Below are positions 62,677 through 64,000 of a stretch of DNA of 64,000 nucleotides, piece after piece. Where the stretch lies: positions 124,001 to 188,000 of the forward strand of contig JAXLNO010000043.1 of NCBI GenBank assembly GCA_038087875.1. The letters are read 5' to 3'. The notes beneath the pieces were generated by a model, which searched no databases, had not been told where the DNA came from, and saw only the letters and a list, made by a program, of their open reading frames with translations. The first letter of the stretch is position 1. Every line of letters begins with the position of its first letter. The position numbers were made by a program, and so were the translations under genes. This DNA comes from Malacoraja senta (lineage: Eukaryota).

Positions 62677-64000
62677 ATGGGCCTAATTTTTGTTATTTTT
62701 ATTAAAATAAATAAAACCATTAACTGATTACATTCAAATGTTGTGGTTATGCATTGTTGATTGTGCTTACTCAAATAGAGTCAATCGATGCAGTGAACAC
62801 CTGGATTTGAATCCACGGTGTGAAATCACAGAGCTTTGAAATTTTCACGTAGTCACTCACGTGACTCCGAAGTAAAATAGTAAGATTAAACGAGAACTTA
62901 CCAAGTTTGAAGTTTGATCTTTATTTTATGAGGAGTAACGTTGAAGGATTACGTGCCCTCCGCTCCCACCCTCATAAAAGGATCAAGCTGGTAGTTCTAA
63001 GTCTTTATGCATCTTACTATCATACTTCAGTAATTATCGTCTGTGATTGTCACTCCGCTGCTTTGAAAGATTGACGCGTGTGCGGCTGGACGCGGCTTCT
63101 TCACGTAATCCCTCAACGTTACTCCTCATAAAATAAAGATCAAACTTCAAACTTGGTAAGTTCTCGTTTAATCTTACTATTAAATTTGTCAATTGTCAGT
63201 TAATTCTGCTTCTAGTGTTTTTTTTTTATATAGATAGAAAAAGAAAAATAGAGAGAAAGAAGAAAGAAGAAAGAGAGAGAAAGAAGAATTACAATATCAA
63301 AAAAGAAAAAGAGGTGGAATGAATAACTTATAATATGTCATAGGAGATAAGTTCGTAGGTTATGAAATAAAATTACATCTAATCCTGAGTTCAAGCTTCA
63401 GTCGGGCTTTCGCGCTGGGCCACTCTATCCCTTCAAATAGGCAATGAATGGAGCCCATATTTTAACAAAAAGTTCTTGCTTGTCCATTAAGACAAGTCTA
63501 ATTCTTTCTAGATGTAGGGTCTCCGACATTTCCACAATCCACATTTTAATTGTGGGGGTTGTAGGGCCTTTCCAGAATTTGAATATTAATTTTTTCCCAG
63601 TTATTATACTGTAGTCAAGGAAGTTTCTTTGGCTTGTTGTGAGTGTTAAACTTTGTTCTGATATCCCAAGTATTATTAATTTTGAGTCTGGAGCCAATTT
63701 GGTATTAACAACTTCAGAGATTATTTGAAAAATATCAGTCCAGTAATTTTTAATTTTTATACAATTTGCAAAGGTATGTGTTAAATTGGCCTCTAGATGC
63801 AGGCATTTATCACATATAGGAGAGATATGTGGGAAAATTCTATTTAGTTTTATTTTGGAGTAATGTAATCTGTGTAAGACTTTAAATTGTATTAAAGCAT
63901 GTCTGGCATTTAACGAACATTGATGTATATGTTGTAAACTTTCGTCCCAAATATCTTTCGTAATAGGATAACCTAACTCATTTTCCCATTTATGTCTATA

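Larger units (their letters stand above)
56912..63180 (+). mobile_element. DIRS1-type tyrosine-recombinase retrotransposon, structurally complete, coding-disrupted
   Basis: ITR 56940-56962 / 63085-63107; ICR 62844-62955 complementary to both termini; TAT at both ends; RT, RNase H, MT and YR domains. Confidence 0.93.
56805..64000 (-). mobile_element. Second L1 (minus), 3' portion, with a DIRS inserted in its 3' UTR
   Basis: 63425-64000 minus encodes the L1 ORF2 C-terminus (ARHALIQFKVLHRLHYSK, CDKC, H...C, KKLIFKFWK). The 3' UTR appears to continue at 56911-56805 and ends in an A-rich tail. Confidence 0.8.

Overview
Repeat-dense eukaryotic (vertebrate) genomic DNA. The repeat repertoire (HE1/V-SINE-type tRNA SINEs, CR1 with esterase ORF1, Rex1/Babar, L1, L2, DIRS) suggests a cartilaginous fish such as a skate; this is inferred, not proven. 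I found no intact host protein-coding gene. Left part (about 1.8-42.8 kb): a ~17.4 kb segment occurs twice in direct orientation (1811-19215 and 21511-38946), separated by a 200-N gap and a 1.75 kb polypurine tract. Each copy starts with a CpG-rich promoter-like element (RFX X-boxes, MYB, GC boxes, forkhead site, candidate exon 1 donor). That is followed by an older, highly diverged tandem array of an unrecognised ~2.5-3 kb apparently non-coding module with recurring splice-site-like motifs, which continues to ~42.8 kb. Right part (46.8-64 kb): a nest of retroelements. A near full-length L1 (+) is interrupted by a full-length CR1 (+), with a piece of L1 ORF2 missing at the junction. A second L1 (-) abuts it tail-to-tail and carries a structurally complete DIRS1-type tyrosine-recombinase retrotransposon (ITRs, ICR, RT, RNase H, methyltransferase-like domain, YR) in its 3' UTR. 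The DIRS is itself hit twice by a short non-autonomous element.
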